Shown piece by piece: positions 26,652-38,471 of a DNA stretch of 64,000 nucleotides. The notes beneath the pieces were generated by a model. It was not told where the DNA came from. It saw only the letters and a program-made list of their open reading frames with translations, and did not search any database. Each line of letters opens with the position of its first letter. Positions within the stretch are counted from its first letter, which is position 1. Source of the stretch: Piromyces finnis finn (Eukaryota; Fungi; Neocallimastigomycota); contig MCFH01000039.1 in assembly GCA_002104945.1 (NCBI GenBank), positions 310,001 to 374,000 of the forward strand, in the 5' to 3' direction. The position numbers and the translations under genes are program-made.

Positions 26652-27470
26652 ATTAAGATCCATATTTTGAATGGCGTTTATTTTCCGAACGTCATTTGGA
26701 TCAAGCTTTAAACCTTTGGCACAAAGTCTTCTGATGATAGGACTGACTGCAAGCAATTGTGCAAAAGAGATACCAGCATTTGTATTATTAAGGGCATCAA
26801 AAATATTATATTCTTTATTTTTGCCCAACATGACAATAGAACGTAGGAAGTCATAATAGTTGCTTTTGGGAGACTTTTTGCTATCTATAACTTCTTCTAA
26901 TTCGTCCTGTTTACTTGGTATATCTGGACCAATTCTTCTTTTATTTCTGGTTTCTTTATTTTTCATCTTAGCAGAGGAAATATTCTTGCCTGCAATTACC
27001 GAGGGGTCTAAGATGTCTAGGCGGGAAGTAGTGGTATGAAAATTTGAATTTTTCTCATTACGAATTTCTTGCTGTTCTTTCATCTGAGTGGCCTTTGTGT
27101 GTATTGGTAATGGATTTTCTCGAAGTTTCTTTTTCTTCGACTGAGTCACGTGATCCTCATCATCACTTTCATCACTTTCTTCAGAACTTTTTCTCTTGAA
27201 TGCATAAATAAGGTTTTCGATGTCCTTATCATCGACTGTATTTGTCACGTGATCACGTGTAACGTAATCCTTATCATCTTCATTGATTGGATCATCCACC
27301 AAAGGGTTAGAGATTTTTTCTTTAGAATTTGGAAATTTTTTTGTTTTATGGAAATCACGTGTATCATCAACATAGATTTGCTCATTAATGTTGTTGATGT
27401 TGTGGGTTTGGTTATTATCAATTTTGGAGTTAGAAGGGGAAGATTGAGAACTTCCCCCATTTAATTTAAA
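26652..27470 (-). CDS. Element A -1-frame ORF, N-terminal part (interrupted by the chromovirus)
   Basis: Open from slippery TTTAAAT (27464-27470) to the TSD at 26652. LRENPLPIHT and ISFAQLLAVSPIIR resemble the pre-protease region of element C. Confidence 0.8.
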
Positions 27471-28315
27471 TGGTTTTGGGTTTTGAGGAGGGTAGCTATG
27501 ATTTTGTTCACATCGGTCATTTCGTTTGGGCAGAAGCGGGCATCATGTCCTTTCTGGTTACAACGGTGGCAGATATGAATTTTCATCTGGGCAAAGCTTT
27601 TGGTCAAAGCATCCAGATCTGATTCTTTAGCTTCTTCTTTAGTAGTCTTTTCATTATCAGTACTACTATTATTTTCGTTATTATTATAAGAGGTTTTATC
27701 TTCAACTTCTATTTTTCTCTTATAATAATTATTTTTGTTTTGAGTTCTTTTATTGGGTACATATTCATCATCACTTTCATAAGCAGATAGAAGCTCATCT
27801 GCTTTAATAGCAATGACCATAGCATCCTTTAAAGTTTTTGGTTGTTTGTTAATAAGAGAATTTAATATAGAAGTTCTCCTATTAAAAGCTTTTGTATAAA
27901 GAAAAACAAGTCTTTCTTCAGAAGGCTTGTCCCTTTCTTTAATTTCTTTCAAAAGGTCGTTAAAAGAACGGTTAAATTCTCTAACAGAGCTTTTGTTTAC
28001 TTTTATTTTTTCTAACTTATTTAGGTTTCTATTAGAGGTTTTATCATCCTCAAATAAGTTAGATATTTTATTGATAAATTCATTATAAGATAGGGATCTA
28101 TCTTCATAATAAATATCACTACAAAGATCCTTTGAGTTACCGGTAGTAGCAAGCAAAGCAATTCTCTTCTTTTCTTTTTCAGAAAGAGCTAAGTCTTCTA
28201 AGATATCTTCAAGTTCCATTTTCCATCTGAAGAACTTAGTATCTTTCTTGCCAAGAGGGCTTATTTCTTTAGCCATACTAGCGGCTCTTTCAAAATTGTT
28301 TTTATTTTCAGTCAT
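27461..28315 (-). CDS. Gag of element A (zinc knuckle CHRCNQKGHDARFC)
   Basis: Intact 284-aa ORF just after the PBS with a CX2CX4HX4C knuckle. Confidence 0.88.
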   Translation of the reverse strand: MTENKNNFERAASMAKEISPLGKKDTKFFRWKMELEDILEDLALSEKEKKRIALLATTGNSKDLCSDIYYEDRSLSYNEFINKISNLFEDDKTSNRNLNKLEKIKVNKSSVREFNRSFNDLLKEIKERDKPSEERLVFLYTKAFNRRTSILNSLINKQPKTLKDAMVIAIKADELLSAYESDDEYVPNKRTQNKNNYYKRKIEVEDKTSYNNNENNSSTDNEKTTKEEAKESDLDALTKSFAQMKIHICHRCNQKGHDARFCPNEMTDVNKIIATLLKTQNHLN

Positions 28316-28403
28316 ATTTAGTAAATAAATAAGATAATTATACTAAATATACTAATTAATAGGAATTATTTAAATTTTCGGCTTTCCCACGGGACGACTG
28401 AGG

Positions 28404-28413
28404 TTCTCCACCA
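28404..28413 (-). promoter_or_regulatory. Primer-binding site of element A (TGGTGGAGAA, probably tRNA-Ala)
   Basis: 2 nt from the LTR; complementary to a tRNA 3' end ...TTCTCCACCA, typical of eukaryotic tRNA-Ala; the same 10-mer is in element C. Confidence 0.7.
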
Positions 28414-28415
28414 CT

Positions 28416-29037
28416 TGATAACGGATTGGTAGTTATATTACAACTTTTTAACTACTTCTTCTGTTATCTTATATTGTTTTATCTCGACAGCTATTGTACG
28501 AGCTTTAACAATATCTACTAGTTTTATTAATTTATTTTAAGCTATTTTATAGTTTTAATAGTTTTATTATTTAATAATATTTATATAGAATAATAACACC
28601 AGATTTATTCTATAAAATATTATTTATTATTAACACAATAATTACAAATTAGACAAGTTTAATTTCGTTTTTATATTTTCTTTTATTTATTGTTCTTACG
28701 CTCTTTTTAACAATAATTTTTATTATATAAAAAACTTATTTTTGTCTTTTTAAATATTATTATGTATTCACTAATTAATTATATTAACTATTATTAAAAT
28801 TTAACTTATTATTAATAATCTAAGTCTTCTCATTTTCTACTAAAAATTATTATTATTCTTTATATTAAAAATTATTTTTATAATTTAACCCAATCAAATA
28901 TATAAATTTATAAAATATTTGATTTTATGTAAATTATATTTTTATAATAAACTATATAAAATTATTTAATAATTATTTTATAATAAAATTTTCTACTAAT
29001 ATCAAATTTATAATATATTTATAATTATTATTTATCA
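28416..29037 (-). repeat. 5' LTR of element A
   Basis: 622 bp, TG...CA ends, followed on the minus strand by a PBS. Confidence 0.92.
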
Positions 29038-29041
29038 CTTT

Positions 29042-29801
29042 TGATACAAGATGCATAGAAAAATATAATATTTTAAATATTTTATGAATAATATCTAATC
29101 CTTTTATAAATTGTATATCAATTACTAATGATAATAATAATTAAACTATATTAGTATAAATTATTATGACGCAAATGTTACACATACATTAGAATAATTA
29201 GTTACACAAGAAAGGAAAAGATATAAAAGAGAGTGTTAAAGCAGAAGATATCAAGAGAGAGAACTTTTCATTTATAAATAATATTTGATATTTTAGTTTT
29301 AAGTATTAGTTTTATTTTATTTTATTTTTATATTAATAGTTTTAGTTTAAGTTAGTTTTAGGTTAATAATTACGTATTTAGTATTTATTATATTTCCTTC
29401 AGTTTAAATATTAGTTATAAAAGAAAAGAATATTTATTGTTTATTTTTACTATTTCAGAAAAGTTATATTTTATCATTAATAATACTTTCATCAACATAT
29501 TTTTATATTTACACATTATATTTAACTATTTATATTTATTCAATAATAACTTTCGATCCTATTAGTATTGAATGTTATTAATGTTATAATCATAATAATA
29601 ATAATAATTAAATAAAGAATCTTTAAACCAAAATCTATTTAATTATATTATTATAAAATTTATTATTTTTATTATTTATTTTTATTATTATAAAATAGAA
29701 ATAAATACAATATTAACTAATATATTATTCATATATCATTCCCTATTGCTAACGTTCATAATTATATTTTATTTATGGTGTTTTTGAAATATATTGCATC
29801 A
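29042..29801 (+). repeat. 5' LTR of element C
   Basis: 760 bp; differs from the 3' LTR by about 3 substitutions and one 3-nt indel. Confidence 0.92.
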
Positions 29802-30059
29802 TAAAATTTGGTGGAGAATCCGGGCGTAGCAATATTGAATAATATGAAACATTAATAGTATTATTTCTATTCTAATTATATTTATTTTTTTTTTTTTTAT
29901 TATTTTTAATTAAAATAAGTTCTTTTATATAAATAAAACTTTCTACTATAAAACTATTAAATATACACAAATATTATATATATATATATAAAATTATTAT
30001 AACAATAATATATAAGAAGTTATTATATAAATTTATTTTAAAATAAATAAATAATTAAA

Positions 30060-31517
30060 ATGGTTGACGCCACTAAAGTAAAAAGAGACATTCCATACCT
30101 CTGCGATTATGGAAAGGATATTGATTCCTGGATGGAGGATTTTATAAGTGTCATGGAGATCCATGATATACAAGAGCCCTCTAGAATATTTGTGTGGTTA
30201 AAAGTTGCCGTTGAAGCAGATATCAAGAATGTTTTGAAATCTTTATGTACCTCTCATAATAACGTTAAAAGGTATCCTACTTATAAAGAGGTACAATCTG
30301 CTATTGAAGATTATCTGGAAATAAAGCCAGGGGATAAATGTTCAGTATTAAAAACATTAAAAATTAAACAAAACGAAACTATAAAAAGCTTCAACTATAA
30401 ATACTTAACTCTTTACCACCGCTTGGAAAGAGATTTTATGAAAATTATTTCTGTGGATGACTATTTAAACTCTATTAAGAAAAGAGTTTATCCACACTCC
30501 CAAGTTATATTAGCCGAATGTGAAACATTATCTGAAGCTTTTAAAGTTGCTGAAAAGGCTGAGAAAGCCGAAAGAAGAACCATAGAAAGTACTGAAACTA
30601 ACAATATTTCTATGGTATACCAAAATACAAAAAATACTCGAAATGTTTTGTTAGACCATCCGTTATATAGAGGATTAGTAGATGATGATAATGTTAATAT
30701 TAACCATAGCAATTTTAATAACTCTTATTCAAATTATGTACAAGAAAAGCCTATCGGAAGATCCTATCCAGGTATCCCAAGAAATTATGAAAATGTGTAT
30801 TTTAATAATAGTAACTTCCGGAGTATCAGATGTTACTATTGCAAGCAAATGGGACATAAAGCTAGTGAATGCCCAAATAAAAGAGAAAGAAATAATTTCA
30901 ATAATTTCAATAATTTTAATCAATTTAATAATCAAAGAAATTCTTATAACAGATATGGAAATTTATATAATAATAATGATAACAATAATTACAACAATAA
31001 TAGTTATTTAAATGGATTTAATACTAATACTAATAACAACAACCAAAAGGATAATAGAAACATTAATGAAAATAATTATATGGATTATCATCATAAAAAT
31101 AACTATAATAATATGAATAACAATTATTATATGTACACCAATAATGATTATAAGAAAGGTAATTTTAATCCAAATGGAAATTACAATTATAATAAAAGTA
31201 ATAATATTAATAGCTACAATAATTATAATAATACTATTGGATATAATGGATATAATAATAATGGTTTTAATAGTTATAATAAAAACAACACAATGAATAA
31301 TAATACATTTAATAACGTCAGTAATGTTAATAAGAATAATATGAGGAACAACATTAATGATAGTGATAACAGGAACAATATTAATAATAATTACCCTAAT
31401 CAATTAAATAATCAATATTATAATAATTATTATAATAAGACCTTACCAGAAAATAATTACAATAAAGCAACCAAAATAAATTTAAACAATCCATCTGAAT
31501 CAAATAATTTAAACTAG
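30060..31517 (+). CDS. Gag of element C (zinc knuckle CYYCKQMGHKASEC, Asn-rich C-terminus)
   Basis: 485-aa ORF after the PBS. Confidence 0.9.
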   Translation: MVDATKVKRDIPYLCDYGKDIDSWMEDFISVMEIHDIQEPSRIFVWLKVAVEADIKNVLKSLCTSHNNVKRYPTYKEVQSAIEDYLEIKPGDKCSVLKTLKIKQNETIKSFNYKYLTLYHRLERDFMKIISVDDYLNSIKKRVYPHSQVILAECETLSEAFKVAEKAEKAERRTIESTETNNISMVYQNTKNTRNVLLDHPLYRGLVDDDNVNINHSNFNNSYSNYVQEKPIGRSYPGIPRNYENVYFNNSNFRSIRCYYCKQMGHKASECPNKRERNNFNNFNNFNQFNNQRNSYNRYGNLYNNNDNNNYNNNSYLNGFNTNTNNNNQKDNRNINENNYMDYHHKNNYNNMNNNYYMYTNNDYKKGNFNPNGNYNYNKSNNINSYNNYNNTIGYNGYNNNGFNSYNKNNTMNNNTFNNVSNVNKNNMRNNINDSDNRNNINNNYPNQLNNQYYNNYYNKTLPENNYNKATKINLNNPSESNNLN

Positions 31518-31741
31518 TTTATGGGAGAAGGACAACTCCCAGTAATCAAACCAAGTTTGGCAATTCTTTTGATTCAAATGATGAAATAAATGAAAATATT
31601 ATGTATGTTCATAATAATAATAATGAACTAAATGGGAATAATTATTTCTATGATAGTCATAATGTTAATTTTAACAACAATCCTAATACTAATTTTATTT
31701 ATAATGATACTAATAATAATAATAATAACAATTCTTATGAT

Positions 31742-31810
<69 letters not shown>

Positions 31811-34800
31811 TCTTATGATATTAATAATAATAATAATTATATATATGACAATAATACTTATGTTTATGATATTAAACACAATGATAATAATTATGATATT
31901 AGTGATAATAAGGATAACTATATATATAATGAAAATAACTATGATGTTTATGCTACTAACTATAATAATCATGATGATAATAATAATAATAAAGACTTTA
32001 ACATAAATTGTGAAAATATTTATAATAATATCAACGAATATAAATGTAACAATATTAATAATATTAATAAAGACAATGATAAGTACATGGAAAACAACAA
32101 TAATGTTTATGAGAAAGATTATGGAATATTAAATAATTCTTGTGGGTGTGATAGAAGTTGTACATCTAATAATAATAATATGATAAGAAATTGTAAGACA
32201 TTAAATATAAAAGAACAATATTATAATAGACAACAAGAAAATAAGAATGAGTACTGCCATATAGGTGAAGATAATGAAGTGGTAGCTGTTACTCAGAAGA
32301 ATGAAAAATTAAATAAGTCTAAAAGGTTAACACCATTTAAAGATACCGAAAGAAAATTAAAAGAAAACCCTATTCCTTTTAGCACACCTGCTTTAAAATT
32401 AGCTAAACGGAAAATGAACAATAATAAAACTAATAAAAGCGTAGCTATGGATGAAGATACCACATTAGAGGAAATTATTGAAACCAATACTATGAATGAA
32501 AATAAAAGTCCAGATAATAATCCAAAGAAGGAAAAACAGGTATCATTTTCTGAAGATGTGAAATCAATTAAAGAATCAGAAATAATAGTTTTAGATGATA
32601 ATATTACCAAAGGAAATAACAAAAGTGATAAAGTCTTAGAAACCACTAATGATACTAGTAAAACAAATAAATTAAATTACTTAGATTTGTCTGTTATAAA
32701 TAAACCCAATATTTCAAATGCAAAAAAATTAAGTAAACAAGAAAAATTAAATGAAATAAAGAATAATTTAAATGATAGTATAAAAGAAATCCAATCTCTG
32801 AGCAAAACTAGTAATCCAAAATTAGAAAAACATATTAAAATAATGGAATTAATTGATGATTTCAAAATCAATGATTTAATAAAAGATGTTGCCTCTACTG
32901 ATGTAGTAACAAAGTTAGGTTATCTTTTAGATTTATTTCCGAAATTTAGATCCGAATTTATTAAAGCTTTGAAATTAAAAGAAATTGATAAGAAATCTCT
33001 AATAAATGTTATGACTGTTATTGGAAGTCATAAAGTCATTAAGGTTAATGGATTTATAGAAAATCGACCATCGGAAATATTCTTAGATTCTTGTGCTAGT
33101 GTAAACCTAATTACTACTGCTGCACTAAAGAAATTCAATATCAAGAAATTACCAGTTGGTAGAGTATCTGAAAAAATATTTCAAGTGTACTCAAATAGTT
33201 CTATTGATTCAAATATCTATGAACTTAAGATTACAATTGGAAATCACACATTTACAGATCACTTTAGAGAGGTAGAAAAAGATGATATCTTTGATGTACT
33301 TGTTGGAATTGCTACATTGAAAAGAAATAATTTTATTTTAAATTTAGTTGACGATTCTTTATTACATGTTAATAATAATAATGAATGTATTAAATTAACA
33401 CATTTACTCTATGATGTAAATTTTAATAATTCAAATAATATTAATAAAGATGATGATAAAAACTATATAGAGTACGAGTTGAGTAAATTTAATAGTGTGT
33501 GTTCTAATAATAATGCTCCTGATAAAATTTCCAATTTAAGAGTTTCTGATTTTATAAATAACTGTGAAAGTAATATATCTTATGTTCCTAATAATATTAC
33601 TACTAAAAATAGTTATAAATCTGATGATAATGCTTTATTTAAAAATTCCTGTTCTAGTCCACTTCCTGTTTTTATATCAATTGTCAAAGAAGATATCTCT
33701 TCTAATATTTCTAATAATAATGGTAGTGATAAGAAGCAGCTTATTATAAATGATATAATAAATGAAATACCTATTGATAGTAGAAATAATATAAAGCAAC
33801 TATTTTCTGAGTATAGAGATGTAGTGGCAATAAAGACAGATGATTTAGGTCATTCTAAATTAATGCCACATAGAATAAATTTAGTTCCTGGAACCCAACC
33901 TATTAAACAACATGCATATAGATTATCTAAAGTGCAAGCTGATGCATTAAAAAATGAATTAATTAAGCTTATTGATAATAAATTGATTGTTCCTTCTAGT
34001 TCGTCATGGTCATCCCCAGTAGTCTTAGTACCTAAGAAGAATAATCAAATAAGAATGTGTGTTGACTATAGAAAGGTAAATAATTGTACTATAAAAGATG
34101 CATATGCACTTCCCTTGATTGATGATATTTTATACTATGTGGGTAATGCTACTATTTTATCTACTATTGATTTGTTTTCGGGTTATCATCAAATACCTAT
34201 GCATCCTGATGATAGAGACATAACTTGCTTCACTACCATATATGGAAATTTTAATTTCCAAGTTATGCCTTTTGGACTTTGTAATGCACCGGCCACTTTT
34301 CAACGTGAAATGAATCGTATATTTTTTGATTTAATTGGTGTATGTGTATTTGTTTATATAGATGACCTTGTTATTTATTCTAATTCATTGGAGCAACATT
34401 ATGAAGACATCAAAAAGGTTTTTAAAATTTTACATAATAACGGTTTAAAAATTAATGTAGAGAAATGTCATTTTTTTAAAGAAGAAGTGGAACTACTTGG
34501 TCACACTCTTTCTACTAAAGGTATTAAACCTATTGATTCTAAAGTTCAAGTTATTATTAATTGGCTACCGCCTAAAAATATTAAACAATTACGTTCGTTT
34601 TTAGGTGCTATTGGTTATTATAGAAAGTTCATTTCTAACTTTGCTCAAGTAGCCAAACCTTTATATGATCTAACAAAAAAGAATGTTACATTTGAATGGA
34701 ATGATATTTCTAATAATGCTTTTGATACTCTAAAAAATAAATTAGCTATCGCACCTATTCTTACTCCTCCAGATTTCAATAAACAATTTATAATACGTAC

Positions 34801-35179
34801 TGATGCATCTAAATCAGGAATAGGTGGTGTACTTATTCAATTAGATAATGACGGCTTTGAAAAACCTCTCTATTTTGAAAGTAGAACATTATCTAATTCA
34901 GAATTAAATTATAGTATTACTGAACTTGAAGGATTAGCTGCTTTTTACTGTGTGTGTAAATTCAAACCATTTATAACTGGCAACAATCTTGAAACATTGT
35001 TGTATACTGATCATAAACCTTTGGTCTATATTTTTAATAGTAAAGAACCCTCATCAAGTCGTCATGTTAAATGGATAACAGAGTTCAGCATTTTGAAGGT
35101 TAAAGTCTTATATGAAGAGGGGAGGAAGAATGTTATAGCTGATGCTTTATCAAGACTTCAAAGTAAATCAGGAAATGAA

Positions 35180-35231
<52 letters not shown>

Positions 35232-36835
35232 TAAATGAAAAATATGATAGCAGAAAAATCAATAATATAAAGGATATAATGGAAGAAAATATAATTAAAA
35301 ATAAGAAAGAAGAATGTTCATTATTTATAAATGATAATACAGCAAATAATAATAATATAAATAATGATTTATTTAATAATACTAATATTCCAGATAATAA
35401 ACTTGGAAAAAATTATGTTAATAATTATAATATTAATTATGATAAAAATAACAAACTGAATGATATGATATTAATTGGAAATTATAATGAAAATTGTAAA
35501 ACAGATTTTGATTATATAAATAATGGAAATGATAATAATATAGAAAGTGATAATAATAGTGATATTTGTAAAGACAATAATAATGTTATGATAAATATTA
35601 ATGAGAATAACAACAAAAGAAATATGAATGATAATTATCTATATTCAAATACGAATAATAATAGAAATATGCTAAACAATTTTATTGAAGATTTTATAAC
35701 TAAAAGATTTGTATACATTGATGGAGTTCAATATTATAAACAAAATGATTTATTAAGAAAAGTTATTACAAATAGTGATGAAAAATGGAAACTAATTAAT
35801 GAAGCTCACTCTATTGGTCATGAAGGAACATACAAGACATATCACAGACTAAGAAGAGATTATTTTTGGAAAGGTATGACAAAGGATATTAAATTATTTA
35901 TTAAATGTTGTCATAAATGTCAAACACGTAAACCGCAACCAACTAATATGTATCCGGAAGATTTAGCAACTCCTCCAGGTTTACCATTTAGTAGAGTTGG
36001 TTTAGATTTAATAGGTCCGTTATATACCACTGCTAGAGGAAATAAATATATAATCGTATTGGTAGATTATTTAACCAAATGGGTAGAAGCAGAACCTTTA
36101 ATGAAAACGGAATCTGAGGATGTAATAAGATTCCTTACTAATGTATTTTCAAGACATGGTATACCAGAAGTATTAATTACAGATAATGGACCACAATTCA
36201 TATCTGATAAAACAAAAGCTTTTCTAGATTTACATGATGTATATGTTCATTATATTAATACCTATCATCCAGCCTCAAATGGAGAAGTTGAAAATAGAAA
36301 TAGAGAAATATCAAAATACTTACGATTATTAGGAAAGAAAAATAAAGATTGGGATGAAACACTACCTAGTGCATTATGGGCCCTTAGAACTGCAAAAAAC
36401 GAAGTTACAAAATTTAGTAGTTTTGAACTCCTATACGGAAGAAGAGACCTCCAACCATTTGAACTTAGTATCAATGTTGATAAAAGGTTAAAAGAAGAAA
36501 ATGAAGAAGAATATTATATTAGGAAATTTATAAATCATAACCAATGGATTAAAGAAGCAATAAATAATATTGAAACAGCTAATGAGCTATGGAAAGATAG
36601 AAGAAGACAAATCAAAAGACTACGTAGTGAATTTAAGCCTGGTGATTTAGTTCTAATTAGAAATTTTAATAGAAAAAAATTAGATCCTTATTATCTTGGA
36701 CCTCTAAAAATTGTAAAACAACAACTTAATACTGTAACAGTATGCGATCCAATTACAAATGATATTGCAGAAAGAAATATTCATTTAAAGAATGTAATTC
36801 CCTATATTAGTAGTTTTATTGAAATGAAACATTAA
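31508..36835 (+). CDS. Pol of element C (PR-RT-RNase H-IN), reached by -1 frameshift
   Basis: The -1 frame is open from the heptamer at 31508 into the 1744-aa ORF. FLDSCAS, YIDD, TDAS, DALSRL, HX3H/CX2C, TDNG and YLGPLKI (GPY/F-like) motifs; no chromodomain. Confidence 0.92.
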
Positions 36836-36888
36836 TGAAAAATACGACGACTTCAAGGGACGAAGTCTTATTTAAAGTGGGGGCCTCC

Positions 36889-37651
36889 TGATACAAGATG
36901 CATAGAAAAATATAATATTTTAAATATTTTATGAATAATATCTAATCCTTTTATAAATTGTATATCAATTACTAATGATAATAATAATTAAACTATATTA
37001 GTATAGATTATTATGACGCAAATGTTACACATACATTAGAATAATTAGTTACACAAGAAAGGAAAAGATATAAAAGAGAGTGTTAAAGCAGAAGATATCA
37101 AGAGAGAGAACTTTTCATTTATAAATAATTTTTGATATTTTAGTTTTAAGTATTAGTTTTATTTTATTTTATTTTTATATTAATAGTTTTAGTTTAAGTT
37201 AGTTTTAGGTTAATAATTACGTATTTAGTATTTATTATATTTCCTTCAATTTAAATATTAGTTATAAAAGAAAAGAATATTTATTGTTTATTTTTACTAT
37301 TTCAGAAAAGTTATATTTTATCATTAATAATACTTTCATCATCAACATATTTTTATATTTACACATTATATTTAACTATTTATATTTATTCAATAATAAC
37401 TTTCGATCCTATTAGTATTGAATGTTATTAATGTTATAATCATAATAATAATAATAATTAAATAAAGAATCTTTAAACCAAAATCTATTTAATTATATTA
37501 TTATAAAATTTATTATTTTTATTATTTATTTTTATTATTATAAAATAGAAATAAATACAATATTAACTAATATATTATTCATATATCATTCCCTATTGCT
37601 AACGTTCATAATTATATTTTATTTATGGTGTTTTTGAAATATATTGCATCA
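36889..37651 (+). repeat. 3' LTR of element C
   Basis: 763 bp, preceded by the PPT. Confidence 0.92.
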
Positions 37652-37654
37652 CTT

Positions 37655-38466
37655 TGATAAATAATGAAATTAATAAATATAAAATTATTATTATACCTGA
37701 TTTTTAAGTTAACCCTAAAAGTAACTTAAAACAAGTTATAGTTTAATTAAGTACTTTACCAAAATTCTTAAATAAAATTAATCCTAAACACTGCATATGT
37801 TTTGATTATTGAAAGAAAATAATAAACTTTAATTAATCGAGATCAAAATATATAACTTTTGTTAAATTAATTGTTAAATTAAATGTTTAATAACTTCGTT
37901 AGTAAATTACACTTTAAAAGTAAACAAATATAATAATTCATGTTATAAAATAATATAATTAAACACTTTTATTAAAATACTAAAAATAATTATTACTTTA
38001 ATTAATTGTAAAATAAACAACTTTTTATATTCTTTAACTTTTAATTATTTCTTTTATTGTTATTTCTAATTACTTTTATTACTTTTATTGTAAATAGTTA
38101 TTAATTTTATTGTTTTAATGTAAATAGTTTAAATTTAAAAGAAAATATAAATACATGTAAATATTCTTATTTTAATCATTATTATTATTATTAATAAAGA
38201 AATATTATATAGTTAGATTAATATTTTATAATTTTAATAATCACTTTTATACTTAAATAAATAAAAATTTTAAATATTTAAATATTTGAAAAACAAGTGT
38301 TTCTAATAAAACCATTTAGTGTTTTAACAAAACAATTTTATTAATTTTTATAAAAACGATTTTAAATCTTAATCAATATAACTTATATAGTTATAACAAA
38401 AGATATAATATAATAATCACTTTTTGAAGTAAAATTCAAAATTAAGATTATTATCAAATTATATCA
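37655..38466. mobile_element. Probable solo LTR of a further family ('D'), 812 bp
   Basis: TGATAA...ATATCA termini. Followed by TCTT (38467-70), matching TCTT at 18358-61 in the reconstructed target. No second copy in the window to confirm it. Confidence 0.55.
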
Positions 38467-38471
38467 TCTTT

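Larger units (their letters stand above)
18363..29037 (-). mobile_element. Non-autonomous Ty3/Gypsy-type LTR element 'A' (gag + protease only; about 4.5 kb without the nested chromovirus)
   Basis: 622-bp LTRs TGATAA...TTATCA, PBS, PPT, 4-bp TSD CTTT (18359-62 and 29038-41), gag and protease ORFs; no RT, RNase H or integrase between protease and 3' LTR. Confidence 0.9.
29042..37651 (+). mobile_element. Autonomous-looking Ty3/Gypsy LTR retrotransposon 'C' (non-chromodomain)
   Basis: LTRs 29042-29801 and 36889-37651 (TGATAC...GCATCA), PBS TGGTGGAGAATCCGGGC at 29809-29825, PPT AAAGTGGGGG, TSD CTTT (29038-41 and 37652-55), intact gag and pol. Confidence 0.95.
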
